From: Callorhinchus milii | Lineage: Eukaryota | Assembly: GCF_018977255.1 (NCBI RefSeq) | Contig: NW_024704742.1 | Coordinates: 1,180,001-1,244,000 of the forward strand | DNA length: 64,000 nucleotides | Reading direction: 5' to 3' | In this document: positions 12,745 to 24,255 of the stretch, in pieces | Numbering within the stretch: the first letter of the stretch is position 1 | How the letters are laid out: each line of letters starts with the position of its first letter | Made by a program: the position numbers and the translations under genes | Notes under the pieces: model-generated | Databases searched by the model: none | Seen by the model: the letters and a program-made list of their open reading frames with translations, nothing else | What the model was told of the DNA's origin: nothing

Positions 12745-13100
12745 AATATTATTACTATTGTTACTAAGCTATAATATCATTATTATTATTATTATCATTA
12801 TTATTATGGTATAATATCATTATTATTATAATATCATTATTGTTATTATAATATCATTATTATTATGGTATAATATTATTATTACCGTATAATATCATTA
12901 TTATTATTATGGTATAATATTATTATGGTATATTATTATTGCTTTATATTATTATTATAATTATGTATTATTATTATATATTATTATTATATGTTATTAT
13001 TACCATTATTATACATTGTTATACATTATTATATATTATTGTTATATATTATTGTTATATATTATTGTTATATATTATGATGACGGTATATTATTATATA
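12745..13100. repeat. AT-rich (ATT)n-derived low-complexity tract
   Basis: Directly visible. Confidence 0.9.
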
Positions 13101-13178
13101 TAGTGATAACTGGTGACGGTCACTATGTTACATGTTGTACTGTTGTGGATTTCAGAGCCACAAACCCCTGAAGCCCTC

Positions 13179-16100
13179 CTGTGACTGACAGCTCAGGCCA
13201 CGCCCCCAGGGCTGTGATTGACAGCTCAGGCCACGCCCCCAGGGCTGTGATTGACAGCTCAGGCCACGCCCCCCAGGGCTGTGACTGACAGCTCAGGCCA
13301 CGCCCCCCAGGACTGTGATTGACAGCTCAGGCCACGCCCTCCCCCCAGGGCTGTGACTGACAGCTCAGGCCACGCCCTCCCCCCAGGGCTGTGACTGACA
13401 GCTCAGGCCACGCCCTCCCCCCAGGGCTGTGACTGACAGCTCAGGCCACGCCCTCCCCCCAGGGCTGTGACTGACAGCTCAGACCACGCCCCCCCAGGGC
13501 TGTGACTGACAGCTCAGGCCACGCCCCCCAGGGCTGTGACTGACAGCTCAGGCCACGCCCCCCAGGGTTGTGACTGACAGCTCAGGCCACGCCCCCCAGG
13601 GCTGTGACTGACAGCTCAGGCCACGCCCTCCCCCCAGGGCTGTGACTGACAGCTCAGGCCACGCCCTCCCCCCAGGGCTGTGACTGACAGCTCAGGCAAC
13701 GCCCTCCGCCCAGGACTGTGATTGACAGCTCAAGCCACGCCCCCCAGGGCTGTGACTGACAGCTCAGGCCACGCCCTCCGCCCAGGACTGTGATTGACAG
13801 CTCAAGCCACGCCCCCCCAGGGCTGTGACTGACAGCTAAGGCCACGCCCTCCCCCCAGGGCTGTGACTGACAGCTCAGGCCACGCCCTCCCCCCAGGGCT
13901 ATGACTGACAGCTCAGGCCACGCCCTCCCCCCAGGGCTGTGACTGACAGGTCAGGCCACGCCCCCCCACGGCTGTGACTGACAGCTCAGGCCACGCCCTC
14001 CCCCCAGGGCTGTGACTGACAGCTCAGGCCACGCCCCCCAGGGCTGTGACTGACAGCTCAGGCCACGCCCTCCCCCCAGGGCTGTGACTGACAGCTCAGA
14101 CCACGCCCCCCCCAGGGCTGTGACTGACAGCTCAGGCTACGCCCCCCCCAGGGCTGTGACTGACAGCTCAGGCCACGCCCCCCAGGGCTGTGACTGACAG
14201 CTCAGGACACGCCCCCCAGGGCTGTGACTGACAGCTCAGGCCACGCCCCCCAGGGTTGTGACTGACAGCTCAGGCCACGCCCCCAGGGCTGTGACTGACA
14301 GCTCAGGCCACGCCCCCAGGGCTGTGACTGACAGCTCAGGCCACGCCCTCCCCCCAGGGCTGTGACTGACAGGTCAGGCAACGCCCCTCCCAGGGCTGTG
14401 ACTGACAGCTCAGGCCACGCCCTCCGCCCAGGACTGTGATTGACAGCTCAAGCCACGCCCCCCCAGGGCTGTGACTGACAGCTCAGGCCACGCCTTACCC
14501 CCCAGGGCTGTGACTGACAGCTCAGGCCACGCCCTCCCCCAGTGCTGTGACTGACAGCTCAGGCCACGCCCTCCCAGGGCTGTGACTGGCAGCTCAGGCC
14601 ACGCCCCCCCAGGGCTGTGACTGACACCTCAGGCCACGCCCTCCCCCAGGGCTGTGATTGACAGCTCAGGCCACGCCCTCCCCCAGGGCTGTGACTGACA
14701 GCTCAGGCCACGCCCTCCCCAGGGCTGTGACTGACAGCTCAGGCCACGCCCTCCCAGGGCTGTGACTGGCAGCTCAGGCCACGCCCCCCAGGGCTGTGAC
14801 TGACACCTCAGGCCACGCCCTCCCCCAGGGCTGTGATTGACAGCTCAAGTCACGCCCCCCAGGGCTGTGACTGACAGCTCAGGCCACGCCCTCCCCTCAG
14901 GGCTGTGACTGACAGGTCAGGCAACGCCCCTCCCCCCAGGGCTGTGACTGACAGCTCAGGCCACGCCCTCACCCCAGTGCTGTGACTGACAGCTCAGGCC
15001 ACGCCCTCCCAGGGCTGTGACTGGCAGCTCAGGCCACGCCCCCCAGGGCTGTGACTGACAGCTCAGGCCACGCCCTCCCCCAGGGCTGTGACTGACAGCT
15101 CAGCCACGCCCCCACAGGGCTGTGACTGACAGCTCAGGCCACGCCCTCCCCCAGGGCTGTGACTGACAGCTCAGGCCACGCCCTCCCCCAGTGCTGTGAC
15201 TGACAGCTCAGGCCACGCCCTCCCAGGGCTGTGACTGGCAGCTCAGGCCACGCCCCCCCAGGGCTGTGACTGACACCTCAGGCCACGCCCTCCCCCAGGG
15301 CTGTGATTGACAGCTCAGGCCACGCCCTCCGCCCAGGACTGTGATTGACAGCTCAAGCCACGCCCCCCAGGGTTGTGACTGACAGCTCAGACCACGCCCT
15401 CCCCCCAGGGCTGTGACTGACAGGTCAGGCAACGCCCCTCCCAGGGCTGTGACTGACAGCTCAGGCCACGCCCTCCGCCCAGGACTGTGATTGACAGCTC
15501 AAGCCACGCCCCCCATGGCTGTGACTGACAGCTCAGGCCACGCCCTCCACCCAGGGCTGTGACTGACAGCTCAGGCCACGCCCTCACAGGGCTGTGACTG
15601 ACAGCTCAGGCCACGCCCTCCCCCCAGGGCTGTGACTGACAGCTCAGGCCACGCCCTCCCCCAGGGCTGTGACTGACAGCTCAGGCCACGCCCTCCCCGC
15701 AGGGCTGTGACTGACAGCTTAGGCCACGCCCTCCCACTAGGGCTTTGACTGACAGCTCAGGCCACGCCCTCCCCCCAGGGCTTTGACTGACAGCTCAGGC
15801 CACGCCCCCCCAGTGCTATGACTGACAGCTCAGGCCACGCCCCCCCAGGGCTGTGACTGACAGCTCAGACCACGCCCTCCCCCCACAGGGCTGTGACTGA
15901 CAGCTCAGGCCACGCCCCCCAGGGCTGTGACTGACAGCTCAGGCCACGCCCTCCGCCCAGAACTGTGATTGACAGCTCAAGCCACGCCCCCCCAGGGCTG
16001 TGACTGACAGCTCAGGACACGCCCTCCCCCCAGGGCTGTGACTGACAGCTCAGGCCACGCCCTCCCAGGGCTGTGACTGGCAGCTCAGGCCACGCCCCCA

Positions 16101-17861
16101 GGGCTGTGACTGACAGCTCAGGCCACGCCCTCCCCCCAGGGCTGTGACTGACAGCTCAGGCCACGCCCCACAAGGGCTGTGACTGACAGCTCAGGCCACG
16201 CCCCACAAGGGCTGTGACTGACAGCTCAGGCCACGCCCTCCCCCCAGGGCTGTGACTGACAGCTCAGGCCACGCCCTCCCAGGGCTGTGACTGGCAGCTC
16301 AGGCCACGCCCCCCAGGGCTGTGACTGACAGCTAAGGCCACGCCCTCCCACCAGGGCTGTGACTGACAGCTCAGGCCACGCCCCCCAGGGCTGTGACTGA
16401 CAGCTCAGGCCACGCCCTCCGCCCAGGACTGTGATTGACAGCTCAAGCCACGCCCCCCCAGGGCTGTGACTGACAGCTCAGGCCACGCCCTCCCCCAGGG
16501 CTGTGACTGACAGCTCAGGCCACGCCCTCCCAGGGCTGTGACTGGCAGCTCAGGCCACGCCTCCCAGGGCTGTGACTGACAGCTCAGGCCACGCCCTCCC
16601 CCCAGGGCTGTGACTGACAGCTCAGGCCACGCCCTCCCACTAGGGCTTTGACTGACAGCTCAGGCCACGCCCTCGCCCCAGGGCTGTGACTGACAGCTTA
16701 GGCCACGCCCTCCCACTAGGGCTTTGACTGACAGCTCAGGCCACGCCCTCCCCCAGGGCTGTGACTGACAGCTCAGGCCACGCCCTCCCCCCAGGGCTGT
16801 GACTGACAGCTCAGGCCACGCCCTCCCACTAGGGCTTTGACTGACAGCTCAGGCCACGCCCTCCCCCCAGGGCTGTGACTGACAGCTCAGGCCACGCCCC
16901 ACAAGGGCTGTGACTGACAGCTCAGGCCACGCCCCACAAGGGCTGTGACTGACAGCTCAGGCCACGCCCTCCCCCCAGGGCTGTGACTGACAGCTCAGGC
17001 CACGCCCTCCCAGGGCTGTGACTGGCAGCTCAGGCCACGCCCCCCAGGGCTGTGACTGACAGCTCAAGCCACGCCCCCCCAGGGCTGTGACTGACAGCTC
17101 AAGCCACGCCCTCCCCCCAGGGCTGTGACTGACAGCTCAGGCCACGCCCTCCCCCAGGGCTGTGACTGACAGCTCAGGCCACGCCCTCCCCCCAGGGCTG
17201 TGACTGACAGCTCAGGCCACGCCCTCCCAGGGCTGTGACTGGCAGCTCAGGCCACGCCTCCCAGGGCTGTGACTGACAGCTCAGGCCACGCCCTCCCCCC
17301 AGGGCTGTGACTGACAGCTCAGGCCACGCCCTCCCACTAGGGCTTTGACTGACAGCTCAGGCCACGCCCTCGCCCCAGGGCTGTGACTGACAGCTTAGGC
17401 CACGCCCTCCCACTAGGGCTTTGACTGACAGCTCAGGCCACGCCCTCCCCCAGGGCTGTGACTGACAGCTCAGGCCACGCCCTCCCCCCAGGGCTGTGAC
17501 TGACAGCTCAGGCCACGCCCTCCCACTAGGGCTTTGACTGACAGCTCAGGCCACGCCCTCCCCCCAGGGCTGTGACTGACAGCTCAGGCCACGCCCCACA
17601 AGGGCTGTGACTGACAGCTCAGGCCACGCCCTCCCCCCAGGGCTGTGACTGACAGCTCAGGCCACGCCCCCCCCAGGGCTGTGACTGACAGCTCAGGCCG
17701 CGCCCTACCCCCCAGGGCTGTGACTGACAGCTCAGGCCACGCCCCCCCAGGGCTGTGACTGACAGCTCAGGCCACGCCTCCCCCCAGGGCTGTGACTGAC
17801 AGCTCAGGCCACGCCCTCCCCCCAGGGCTGTGACTGACAGCTCAGGCCACGCCCCCCAGGG
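13179..17861. repeat. GC-rich minisatellite/VNTR, unit ~32-37 bp, consensus CAGGGCTGTGACTGACAGCTCAGGCCACGCCCTCCCCC, roughly 135-140 copies
   Basis: Directly visible tandem array; unit length varies in the C-tract. Copy number is estimated from length divided by unit size. Confidence 0.97.
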
Positions 17862-18090
17862 CCGTGGCTGACTGGCGGGGGGCGGGGCTGGCGTTGATTG
17901 GCGGGCGGGGCGGGGGCGGGGTGGGGCGGGGCGGGCGGTGATTGGCGGGCGGGGCGGGGGGCGGGGCTGGCGCTGATTGGCGGGCGGGGCGGGGCGGGCG
18001 GTGACGCAGTGAGAGCGGAGGCCCCGGAGCCGCGGTGGGCCCTGGAGTGCGGGTCCCGCCGCCCGTCTGAGAGGCCCCGAACACAGCACA
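17862..18090 (+). promoter_or_regulatory. CpG-island core promoter, likely for HERC3: three inverted CCAAT boxes, multiple GC boxes, CRE/ATF half-site
   Basis: ATTGG at 17897, 17941 and 17976, each followed by GGGCGGGG repeats; TGACG at 18002; very high CpG density; a donor-like CAG|GTAACT at 18310/18311 could end a non-coding first exon. Confidence 0.65.
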
Positions 18091-18094
18091 GCCC

Positions 18095-18273
18095 CCACCC
18101 CTCACACAGACCCTCACACACACCCTCACACACACCCTCACACACCCTCACACAGACCCTCACACACACCCTCACACAGACCCACACACACACACCACAC
18201 ACAGACCCTCACACACACCCTCACACAGACCCTCACACACACACACACACAGACCCTCACAGACCCTCACACA
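18095..18273. repeat. (CCCTCACACAGA)-like / CA-rich simple repeat
   Basis: Directly visible. Confidence 0.8.
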
Positions 18274-18357
18274 GAGGAGGGGTTTTCATTGTCATCGCTC
18301 CTGTGTTCAGGTAACTCGTCTGTTCCCGTAACTGTCCGGAGCCTCAACACCAATACA

Positions 18358-18718
18358 CTGTATATGTGTATATGTGTATATGTGTATATGTGTGTGTGTA
18401 TATGTGTGTGTATGTGTCTGTGTGTGTGTGTGTGTGTGTGTATGTGTGTGTATGTGTCTGTGTGTGTATATGTGTGTGTGTGTATGTGTGTGTATATGTG
18501 TGTGTGTGTGTGTATGTGTGTGTATATGTGTGTGTGTGTGTGTATGTGTGTGTATATGTGTGTGTGTGTGTGTATGTGTGTGTATATGTGTGTGTGTGTG
18601 TGTATGTGTGTGTGTATGTGTGTGTATATGTGTGTGTGTGTGTGTATGTGTGTGTGTATGTGTCTGTGTGTGTGTGTGTGTGTGTGTATGTGTGTGTATA
18701 TGTGTGTGTGTGTGTGTA

Positions 18719-18764
<46 letters not shown>

Positions 18765-18900
18765 TGTATATGTGTGTGTGTGTATGTGTGTGTATATGTG
18801 TGTGTGTGTATGTGTGTGTATATGTGTGTGTGTGTATGTGTGTGTATATGTGTGTGTGTGTATGTGTGTGTATATGTGTATGTGTATATATATATATATA
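18358..18900. repeat. Compound (TG)n/(TA)n microsatellite
   Basis: Directly visible; about 540 bp, almost entirely alternating purine-pyrimidine. Confidence 0.95.
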
Positions 18901-19157
18901 ACACATTGCGTTTATATATCACCTTTCACGTTGTGAGGACGTCCCAAAGTGTTGGACAGTGGAGGATGTGCGCGGGAGCTGCTGGGGGTCGGGATCAGAA
19001 AGGGTGACGATCGGGGAATACTACTACAAACAACAATAACAATAATAACGATCAATAAATAATATAAGAATAATATACAATATATATTATTTCTGGCATT
19101 GGATACGGCACTTACTCCCACCGCACTGCCCCAGCCGGTGGGAGGGGAATGATGATG

Positions 19158-19194
<37 letters not shown>

Positions 19195-20861
19195 TTAGTC
19201 CGGGCGTTTGATACGGTGCCTTGATCATGTCGTCAAGACGTCTCAAAGTGCTCCGCACGATTCACTGTGAAGCGGAGTGACTGTATTTTGTGGGCGAAAT
19301 GCGGCGTAACCGGCTCATTAATTGGAGCAAAGTATAAAATGTGTGTGTCTATATATTATATATGTATATGTACATATATATGTAATTGTTTTACAATTGA
19401 TTGCTCGCTCCATGGGCGCGCGTTTGTGGGACGTTGAAGTGCGCGAACCGGTTGCCGTGTTTCTGCCCATCTCTCCTGTGAAGCGCCTTCAGACGTCTCC
19501 ACGGTGCGAATTTTAAGCGCGTGAGCGGCTGCGTATCGAACGCAAAGGGTTGTTACTGTTCCACCGGGGTGCGGGGGTTAGAGTTGTGTTCGTGGTGGTG
19601 GTGGCGGCGGCGGTGGTTTGGGGGTGGGTGGGGTGGGGTGGGGTGGGGTGGGGGGTGCGTGTGGCGGTTACGGTTACGCGATGTCCGTGCTGGCGACGGG
19701 ACAGAGTGCAGAGTTGTCGATCCGGCGCTGGGTGTCGGATGCGGTTTGTGCGGCTCTTGTCGTCCTCCGGCTCAAGGTTTGGCGAGACATTGGCTCTCCT
19801 GCCCGGGCTCCCGTCAGGCGCCTCCTCACCGCGAGCCGTCTCCGCCACTGGAACCCCCCCCCGGTCCACGCTTCCGGCGCTCGGCCTCGCCAACTGCCCG
19901 CTCCCTGGACTTTCCCAACTCCTCCCTCCGCGAGCCGCGGGCTCGTCAGCACTCTGCAGCGCGTGCCCTCTCCCGCACCGGGCTCCGCGAGCCCATCGCG
20001 CCCGCTCTGGCCCGGCTCCTTTGGCCCCCCCCGTCCCTCGGGGAATCAGAGATAACTAAACGCTCGGTCTCACCTTCAGAGCCCTCCAGAGTCCTGCTCC
20101 CCCCCCACCCCCCCCACCCGCCGCCCCCCCACTACCTCTCCGGCCCCAGGTCAGCCTGTCCGCTCCCTCTGCTCGGTCTCGACACACGCGCACACACACG
20201 CGGACACACGCGCACGCACAGACGTTTGTACTCTCTTCCAAACTTATTCACTTTTAAGTCTCGCACACGATTCCCTTCTCGAAGCTGAATGATTGACCCC
20301 AACGTCGAGACCTCATTTGGGCTTTTCAAGCCTCAATATGGCTGTGTGTGACGTGCGATCATTTCCTGCTTCTCCGTTGAGAAAATGGCCCGTTCTGTTG
20401 TGTGTGTGTTCGCGGGACTTGTTGGGAGAACTAAACATCCCGGGACTCCATCCATTATTTAAGACTAACCTAAGAGGTGTACGAGTGCATTTGAAGGAAC
20501 TTGGCAAAGTAATTTGAAGACGTTGGAGGTGTTCGGTCGCGATAAATCAATTCCCTTTCGATTTTAAGATTGAACCTCTATCGGGAGATCATCCCTCGGC
20601 CCGACTGACGTCAGCCCTTAATGGGAGCAGTTTAGAGGCACGTAGTTTCACTCTCAATTCGTGATCTATTCTTTTGCTTTCTTCCCCGAAAGTTGAGACT
20701 GTCGACGGTGACTGTAAATGATCTGGAAATGCGCACAAGGCAGGTTTTACGGAAACGTTTCGGAGCGTGGGATGAGGACTGCGGGCTAAGGAGGTGCATT
20801 TCTGGCTTGTGCAGACCTGCCCCGCGGATCTGGAAGCTGCTGTTGGAGATTTTCCAATGTC

Positions 20862-21140
20862 TAATAATAATAATAATAATAATCCCTGCGTTTGACAGAG
20901 CTGCGTTGACACGTTCGAAGCGCTTCACGGAATATACCGTAAAGCGGATTGACTGTGTATTTTGTGGGCAGCCAATTGCGCGCAGCGGCGTCTCCCACGA
21001 ACAGTCGTGGATTGAGTCACCAAACTATTACTTTTTTTTTTTTAGGGGAGAGATTGTTATCCCCGGAGAGCGCTCTGCCAATCGAACTAACGACCGCCGG
21101 GGTTGGCACTTCCTGCTCGGCAAACCGAGGCGCAGCGGAG
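20862..21140 (-). mobile_element. tRNA-derived SINE, 5'-degenerate
   Basis: Body and tail are homologous to the other SINE copies; (ATT)n end. Confidence 0.7.
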
Positions 21141-21535
21141 CGAGGAAACTTGCCGGAGGTCTCAACACGCCCGAAGCTTTAGCTTTCGTTTGACATTCGT
21201 TCTTCAGATAGATTCACTCGTAGACCCCGCCATCTGCCGCGCGGCTTTCTTTTATCCGTGCGCAGGCCCCGGCAAGAATGGCTTTGCAGTGAGTGAGTCG
21301 CAGAGCAAAACGACCGCCGCGTTGTAACTTGCAAACTCGGCGTTGTTATTAAAACAGAAATTAGGCGAACCGAGCTGTTGGGGTTTGATATTACCTTCGG
21401 CTTGAAGCTGTGCTCGAGGCTGACATACCAGTGTGGCTCGTCATTGCAGCCCACGCCTTTTCGAGTTGAAAAGTAATGTCGTCGAGAGAGACCGAGAGAG
21501 AGAGAGAGAGAGAGAGAGAAATAATGGCATTGCGC

Positions 21536-21566
<31 letters not shown>

Positions 21567-22316
21567 GAAACCGATAACATATGGCCAGTCTTAAAAAGGT
21601 GTGTTCACACGCCAAGCGTCATATCTGCTGTGTTTCGGCGATGGTATTGCCCTTATCATCAGGACGTGAACGTTTCGAAAGACCTTTTAAAGCTTCCAGT
21701 TGAGCAATCTCCGAGCGCGCGCGCGCGTGTGTGTGTGTAAAAAAAAGAGAGGAAGGACTGAACGCACGGCGGATAAGCCACAAAACTATTGAGTGAAGGT
21801 CGAAAGTCATTGAAATTTGTACGTTAAGGACTCGTTACGGTTAATATTTGCCGCTTAAACGTAGCCGGGGGGTGGGGGGGGGGACTGAACCTCATTCGTA
21901 AGCTCGAGCGATTAGCCCCGTCCGCGCGGTTTTCTTGCCGAGCGCTACAAGCCGTGCACGAGTGTGATGGCGCGTGAGGGTAAAGACTTTCCCGCAGGTA
22001 CGTGAGCAGCGAAGCAAGCGAATACTGTGGCGATTACGACGTTTGGGAGTCGACAGATCTCCGGTCGCAGGGCCCAGGGTTTCTGTGTTCGTGGAACTCC
22101 GCGAACACCGCCAATCGGAACCGAATATTTCAGTCGGGAACGGGACGAAGCCTTCTCTGTTCTTGGAGGAGTTCGGACCCCCGCTTTAAACCGAGGGAGC
22201 GGGGAGGGCGCGGGGGTTGTCAGACTGTGACGCGCACCGCTCGGGTAACTCCTGCTCGAGACGGAATCGACTCTGCGAGTCCCCTTTGCTGGAAAAGACG
22301 ACGGCTGGATACGGAA

Positions 22317-22680
22317 AGGTTCTGCAGCCTTTCGGTTAAGAGCGCCCGCCTCGCGAGCGAAAGGACCTGGGTGCGATTCCCGGGCAGGGTGAAACCTTGG
22401 GCGAGTTCCCGTCCTCCACGCGCCTCTGTTCACCGAGCAGTCGGTAGGAACCTGGGCGTTAGTCGATGGTAGCGTCGCTTTCCGGGGGTAATAATCCCTT
22501 TTTTTTTAAAAAAAAGAAGAATTTGGTTACTCGATCCACGACTGTTTGCGGCACAGCGCTGTGCGCCGTTTGCTGCTGCGTTTCGCTCAAAAAAATATGC
22601 CGTCGATGTATCTTTTGTGAAGTGCTTCGAGGTGTCTCAACGACTTGATAAGGCGCTATTCCAGATGCAAGGATTATTAT
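22317..22680 (+). mobile_element. tRNA-derived SINE, diverged CpG-rich copy
   Basis: GGTTAAGAGCGCCCGCCTCGCGAGCG...GGTGCGATTCCCGGGCAGGGTGAAACCTTGGGC...GCAAGGATTATTAT. Confidence 0.8.
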
Positions 22681-24255
22681 AGTGGGGGTTACAAAAGTTG
22701 GAGAAATGGGATTGAAAGATCTGTCATGGCCTCATAAAATGATAATTAGACCAATTACTAAATTCCCTTCTTAAGCAGTTTCTTGTCTCCTTGTGGGAGA
22801 CAATATTATTAGTATAATTAACGCACATATCGGTATATCCTACCTGTTATTTAATTTGTTTCTAATTGTTCTTTTCTTATACCAATATATTAGCGGTCGT
22901 AGTGTATGTCCTTCTCCCGGATTATTGATTACAACAACAACTTGCACTTGCCCAGCGCCCTCCACGCAGTGCAGTGTCTCAGAGCGATTGAGACGCTACG
23001 CACAGCATTATTCTGTGCCGTTCCTGGTTTTTTTTTTTAAAAAAAAAGCAGCTTTCAGGCGGGATTTGTCGACGCTAACTCAAAAGTACCGAGTCAGTAA
23101 CAAAAGTCTTTTGTTTATTCAATAAAAATAATGGCCTCTCTGTGCCGGTTGCCGAGTACTAAAGTATCACAGTATGAAGAAGGCGGTTAAGAAAATAAGA
23201 AAGTGTAGAAAAGGAAAGGGCCTCTTATCGTAGAACTGCTCCACTCGCTATCTCTTGGGTGGGGGGGGGAAAGCAGTGCATAGATGATCCATGAACACTC
23301 GATGATTGATAGAGCAGAACTGCAGAATATTCATCATTCTCACATCACAGGTTATTTAACCCTGATCGCCTTTACTCTGCGGACAAAATTCCCCCTTCCC
23401 TCCTTTGCTGTGGCAGAGGGGACACTCCTATAGAGCCGATGGCGTGTTCGTTCGTTTCAGTCTGTCTGCACCTACCCCCAGCGATGCGTAACCGTACGAG
23501 TTCAGGCGAGGGGAGAGGTTAAACCGCAGAAAGTAAAAGGAATGCAGCTCTTTGGGGGGTAGTTTTACTGACCGGGATTCTCAGACAAAGCAGCAGGTTG
23601 TGGGGTTAACAATCGTTAACATTTGAGCTCATGAGCAAACTATCAACGATGGGGGCTTTGCGCTTTGCTTTTTAACCAACAGGTACAAATGACATTGCCG
23701 CAATTTTAATTTCACTCATCGCTGGTGGAGTGTTGCTGGTGCACATTATTTGCCTCACTTGCCTACGGAGCAATAATGATGAACCTTTGTTATTATATAC
23801 TATTAGTTATTTCCAGGTGGTGGTGCCGTTCTTTTGATTCTGCTATTTAACCTTTGGCTCTGCCTACCTGGTCATGAAGGGGGACGTTGATGTTTCAAAG
23901 GGAAGTTGAGTCTTTCTCCCAGTCAACCTGGGGTATACTCCGCTTCTCATTCAAATTTACCTCCAAATTTAAATGGATTGGCTGCTCCTCTCATTGGTTG
24001 CGGGCTGTTGCTCGTACAGATTACCCCTCACACTTTACCTATCTGAACAACATTCGCTTAACTTCTAATCAATTCTATTGAGGTGTCTTTTTTTTCATGA
24101 TAGGCGCTGTCTGTCTGCAAGTCAGTGTTGTATAGAGTAGACGACATTGGTTTCACCGACTAAACGCGCCTCTCCCTTCGCAGTCTTGTTTCTGTCTGGA
24201 TCAGATCGAACGCTCAGTAACTTTTGCTCTCTATTTTCAGATAAGATCGCCAACC

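Larger units (their letters stand above)
19400..22700. promoter_or_regulatory. Extended CpG-rich region upstream of the first HERC3 coding exon (possible alternative promoter or 5' non-coding exons)
   Basis: CpG is visibly enriched relative to distal introns; full CRE TGACGTCA at 20606-20613; NF-kB-like GGACTTTCCC near 19906; donor-like CAG|GTACGT at 21997/21998. Confidence 0.45.

Noticed and set aside
11882..12767. Plus-strand ORFs ([15 protein letters not shown])
   Set aside because: Antisense read-through of the GC-rich exon and the hexamer repeat.
13179..17861. CRISPR-like array (regular ~34-bp period)
   Set aside because: There are no unique spacers, only contiguous repeat units; the context is eukaryotic and has no cas genes.
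18289..19007. Long ORFs of 175-215 aa rich in CV/HT/YV
   Set aside because: They are translations of the TG/TA microsatellite.
19513..20288. Several 125-255 aa ORFs on both strands
   Set aside because: Typical stop-poor CpG-island frames with no recognisable protein motif or consistent exon structure.
21394..21480. Minus-strand exon ending at AAG|GTAATA
   Set aside because: A donor-like site alone, with no recognisable peptide or partner exon; cannot be supported without RNA data.
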